Source: Bacteriovoracaceae bacterium (GTDB lineage: Bacteria; Bdellovibrionota; Bacteriovoracia; Bacteriovoracales; Bacteriovoracaceae). From it: a DNA stretch of 19,754 nt. The translations under genes and the position numbers were made by a program. The DNA is taken from the NCBI GenBank assembly GCA_049599895.1, contig JBMYPC010000052.1, positions 1 to 19,754 of the forward strand, written 5' to 3'. Below are positions 16,954 through 19,754 of the stretch, piece by piece (the first letter of the stretch is position 1; the number at the start of each line of letters is the position of its first letter). The notes below the pieces were generated by a model. It ran no database searches and was not told the DNA's origin. It saw only the letters and a list, made by a program, of their open reading frames with translations.

Positions 16954-19269
16954 ATGATGGGTATGGGATCAATAATTCTTTCAATTTTAATAATTGGAGC
17001 AAACTCTGTGTTTGCCTCTAATTTTAAGTCTTCGGCAAATAGAAGATTTGGCGGTAATTCCGATCGCTACACCACATCCAAAAAAACCACTGTAGACTAT
17101 AACCCAACCTACGCCACCCAGCTCTTCGATAGCTTTTCTCATAGCTGTCCAAGTATTAGTAATTGGAGTCAGAACGCTCTTTCCTCTTCAAGATCTATTA
17201 TCAATGTCCTTGAGACGATGAAAGAAGACTGCCAAACAGCGGCTAAAAATATTATGGCCCAAACCAATACTCTCCAACAGGCGATTGAATCTTATGAAAG
17301 CCGTTACACAGAAAGAGATATTCTAGGCCTTCTCAATCAACAAAAAGAAATCCTTGTTCTCATCAATAACCTTGAACAGAATAGCTCAAATGAACTCTCG
17401 GAGCTTGAGGCCCTCTATCGAAGTAATCAACTGGAGATTTCCTTAAATAAGGCAAGTATTGATTACGATGAAGAACAAGCAAGAGATTACTTTCTTTCAA
17501 CAAGCATTGTTCAATCCACTCAGGCAATCTTTGAGCAAGTGGCCCAGAACAATGCTTGCTTTATGCATAACTCTGGCTTTCTTTCAGGTATCGCCTCACT
17601 CGGTTCCAGTGTCGGCGCGGCTCTTTCAACCGGAGGTCTCTCACTTGGATTTGCAGCAGGAGCCCATTTTTTAAATTCTGCGTTCGAGTTTCTGAAAAAT
17701 AAAAGCTTTGATCGAGATATCCAAAAGCTTGGACAATCTCAATATTCATCGGCCTTTCGCTGTGTCTTTGAATCTCTCTCTAACCAATACTGTGATGCAA
17801 CTGAAACCTATGACTTAATCGAAATGAAAATTGAAGGTGCTGAATATGTCGCCGATGATTTCTCTGTTGGTGTGGAGCTCTATACAAGAGAGCTTCCGGT
17901 TTTTATTGAATGGCTCAATTCAGTGAGTTCAAGCACAGACCCCCAAGATACATACCGTGCTTCAAAAATGGCAGATTTTAAGTATAGAGAAAACGAGCTC
18001 GACGTTTGGAAACTGCGTTCTATTGGAAGACTCAATAACGAAGTTTCTAAAATCGCTCGTAACCCTAAGATCTCCATTGATGAAAAGTTTAGAAAGCTTC
18101 GAAATGTTCTCAATAATATCGCTAAATCAAGTCGAAATGGGCCTAACCCAATCAAAGACCTCTATAGTGAAAAAGAGCTAGTATGGTATCTGGTTGGACT
18201 TAACCCAAGCTCTCCTGACCTTCCCGTTGATTCTAACAACAATATCAAAAGGTATACAGACTCCTCTGCAGCGGAACTGAAGGCCCTAGGGGTTTATCCC
18301 GCAGATGAAGCCACGGTCACAAAACGTATTGCACAAGTGATAGGAGAAGCAAAGTTTCAATTAGATCTTGATAGACCTGAATCAATTCTTGAAGACCCGG
18401 AGTCAATTTTCGACTTAGTGGAAACAGAGAAGAAATCTGGCTTCTCAAGAGGCGTCAAACCTAATGAGGCCCTCAAAAGAATCGTCACTTACCTTGATAA
18501 GCATATTATCCGAAATCAAACAGGGATCTACTCTAATAATCAAGAGAGAATCTATGCTGAAACACGAGACATCCTTGATGAAATCAAAAATCAAGTTGAA
18601 GACTATAATGGTAATGTCGAGCAAAGATTGAAAGTCATCTCACAGTCAGCAAATCTCACTAATGGAACGACACTCATTAATGGAAGATTAAAGAGATTTT
18701 TTCGAAACATCTTAACTAATATTCTTCTTGATAAAGACCCGAGTACAAGACTTCCTGAAGAAGTGAAACTTTTAACTGTTGATGACATGCTCTCAGAACT
18801 TGATAAGCTTGGAAGAAATAATCCTGGAGACATCCTCCTTGATCTTTCTAATACTATCGATATTACAAAACAAACAATTCAATCTTTTGCTGAAATTTTT
18901 GCTTCTCCAATTTCGGCGACATTAAACGCGACAGCTGGAAATACTCTTCAATCAGTTTATACAAGGGACCTTCTTCCTCAATACTGCTCAATTCTTCTCT
19001 CTGTTCCTAACTGGAGCTCAAAGGAACTAAAGAAAATTGACCTTTCCCAATGCTTTGGTCTCAATCTCAAATCAAGACAAGCAGGTAACCCAGGTACTGA
19101 AGCCTTTACTCCTGAGCTCTACCACTCAAATAACTATAAAAAGCGCGCCTGCTTGAATAGAAACCACCGAAGAAAAGAGAATCTTTTCCATCTTTATCGA
19201 GAGCAATCAAATAAAAGAGGAAGTATCATCAATGACTACCTCTTTAATACTGAAAGCTCGGCTTATTAA
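16954..19269 (+). CDS. Large hypothetical exported protein (771 aa), helical/coiled-coil, central hydrophobic segment, 8 Cys
   Basis: Long ORF with an N-terminal hydrophobic stretch ending VFA. No family motif recognised. Confidence 0.85.
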   Translation: MMGMGSIILSILIIGANSVFASNFKSSANRRFGGNSDRYTTSKKTTVDYNPTYATQLFDSFSHSCPSISNWSQNALSSSRSIINVLETMKEDCQTAAKNIMAQTNTLQQAIESYESRYTERDILGLLNQQKEILVLINNLEQNSSNELSELEALYRSNQLEISLNKASIDYDEEQARDYFLSTSIVQSTQAIFEQVAQNNACFMHNSGFLSGIASLGSSVGAALSTGGLSLGFAAGAHFLNSAFEFLKNKSFDRDIQKLGQSQYSSAFRCVFESLSNQYCDATETYDLIEMKIEGAEYVADDFSVGVELYTRELPVFIEWLNSVSSSTDPQDTYRASKMADFKYRENELDVWKLRSIGRLNNEVSKIARNPKISIDEKFRKLRNVLNNIAKSSRNGPNPIKDLYSEKELVWYLVGLNPSSPDLPVDSNNNIKRYTDSSAAELKALGVYPADEATVTKRIAQVIGEAKFQLDLDRPESILEDPESIFDLVETEKKSGFSRGVKPNEALKRIVTYLDKHIIRNQTGIYSNNQERIYAETRDILDEIKNQVEDYNGNVEQRLKVISQSANLTNGTTLINGRLKRFFRNILTNILLDKDPSTRLPEEVKLLTVDDMLSELDKLGRNNPGDILLDLSNTIDITKQTIQSFAEIFASPISATLNATAGNTLQSVYTRDLLPQYCSILLSVPNWSSKELKKIDLSQCFGLNLKSRQAGNPGTEAFTPELYHSNNYKKRACLNRNHRRKENLFHLYREQSNKRGSIINDYLFNTESSAY

Positions 19270-19481
19270 CCTAAATAGTTGTTTTTTCGAAAAACAGACT
19301 TCAGCTAGCAAAAATTTGCGCCATTTTTGAAAATCCCAATCTGCTGATTTTTCAACTTTCAAGCTCTTAGGGCCCTCATTTATAAAGACTTTTATACTGA
19401 TATTTAGTGTTTAAGACATCGGTGAAATAGCCGATAAGTTTTCTGGAGTATATCAGGACCTTATCAGCCAAGGAATGAACT

Positions 19482-19754
19482 ATGAAATTAAATGTGGGAT
19501 TCAATTTGCTCTTAAGAGCGGTGGTTATATCCAGCATATCGTTTTTTCTAAGCTTCTCAGTAGCTGCTGCGGCTGATGATGTGGCCAAAGTTCAAATCAT
19601 TAAAGGTTCTGTTACGGCCATTAATGCAGATGGAAGCACTGAAAAACTCAAAAGAGGTGCTTGGGTAAAAGAAGGTGCAAAAATCCAAACAGCTGATAAA
19701 AGTTTTGTAAAATTCCTTTTTAAAGATAAATCACAAATGAACCTTGGCCCAAAA
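19482..19754 (+). CDS. FecR-domain exported protein, 5' part only (runs off the window)
   Basis: Manual translation: MKLNVGFNLLLRAVVISSISFFLSFSVAAAADDVAKVQIIKGSVTAINADGSTEKLKRGAWVKEGAKIQTADKSFVKFLFKDKSQMNLGPK. Signal peptide followed by the L-G-V-EG-I-T-S-F-D-S-LGP FecR pattern. AAGGA upstream. Not in the supplied ORF track. Confidence 0.85.
   Translation, partial: MKLNVGFNLLLRAVVISSISFFLSFSVAAAADDVAKVQIIKGSVTAINADGSTEKLKRGAWVKEGAKIQTADKSFVKFLFKDKSQMNLGPK

Noticed and set aside
1824..18833. Many short alternative-frame or antisense ORFs in the track (e.g. 1824-2030, 4481-4693, 5206-5403, 5702-5944, 6838-7083, 9368-9664, 10266-10846, 14695-15144, 15134-15376, 17459-18833)
   Set aside because: They overlap well-supported genes and show no recognisable motifs; they are typical shadow ORFs.
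19306..19323. Sigma54-like TGGCGC...TTGCT on the minus strand
   Set aside because: GG-to-GC spacing is 11 nt rather than the required 10, and it points antisense into the end of the 771-aa gene.
19376..19588. 70-aa minus-strand ORF
   Set aside because: It overlaps the better-supported plus-strand FecR-domain gene antisense.
1..19754. CRISPR arrays, tRNA/rRNA genes, IS elements, integron attC arrays
   Set aside because: No regularly spaced repeats, cloverleaf/T-loop motifs, transposase or integrase ORFs were seen by eye. An Infernal or CRISPR scan would be needed to exclude them formally.

Overview
AT-rich bacterial chromosomal window. Gene content and style suggest a Bacteriovoracaceae/Bdellovibrionota-like organism, but that is inference only. 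In order: a hypothetical START/SRPBCC-like protein, a GNAT acetyltransferase, a Cys-rich secreted hypothetical protein, argS, a rhomboid (GlpG-like) protease, a small acidic hypothetical protein, a sterol desaturase-family gene, and an Rrf2-sufB-sufC-sufD-sufS-nfu Fe-S assembly operon with no sufE/sufU/sufA. Next come a hicAB toxin-antitoxin pair with a clear promoter/operator, about 400 bp of degenerate-looking DNA, a lipoprotein trypsin-like serine protease, a small ORF and hemF. The window ends in a co-oriented run of exported proteins of unknown function: DUF3943-like, a predicted outer-membrane beta-barrel, a 771-aa Cys-containing helical protein with a central Gly/Ala-rich hydrophobic segment, and a FecR-domain gene cut off by the window end and absent from the ORF track. 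That last cluster is the best candidate for an undescribed system. No rRNA, tRNA, CRISPR array or transposase was seen.
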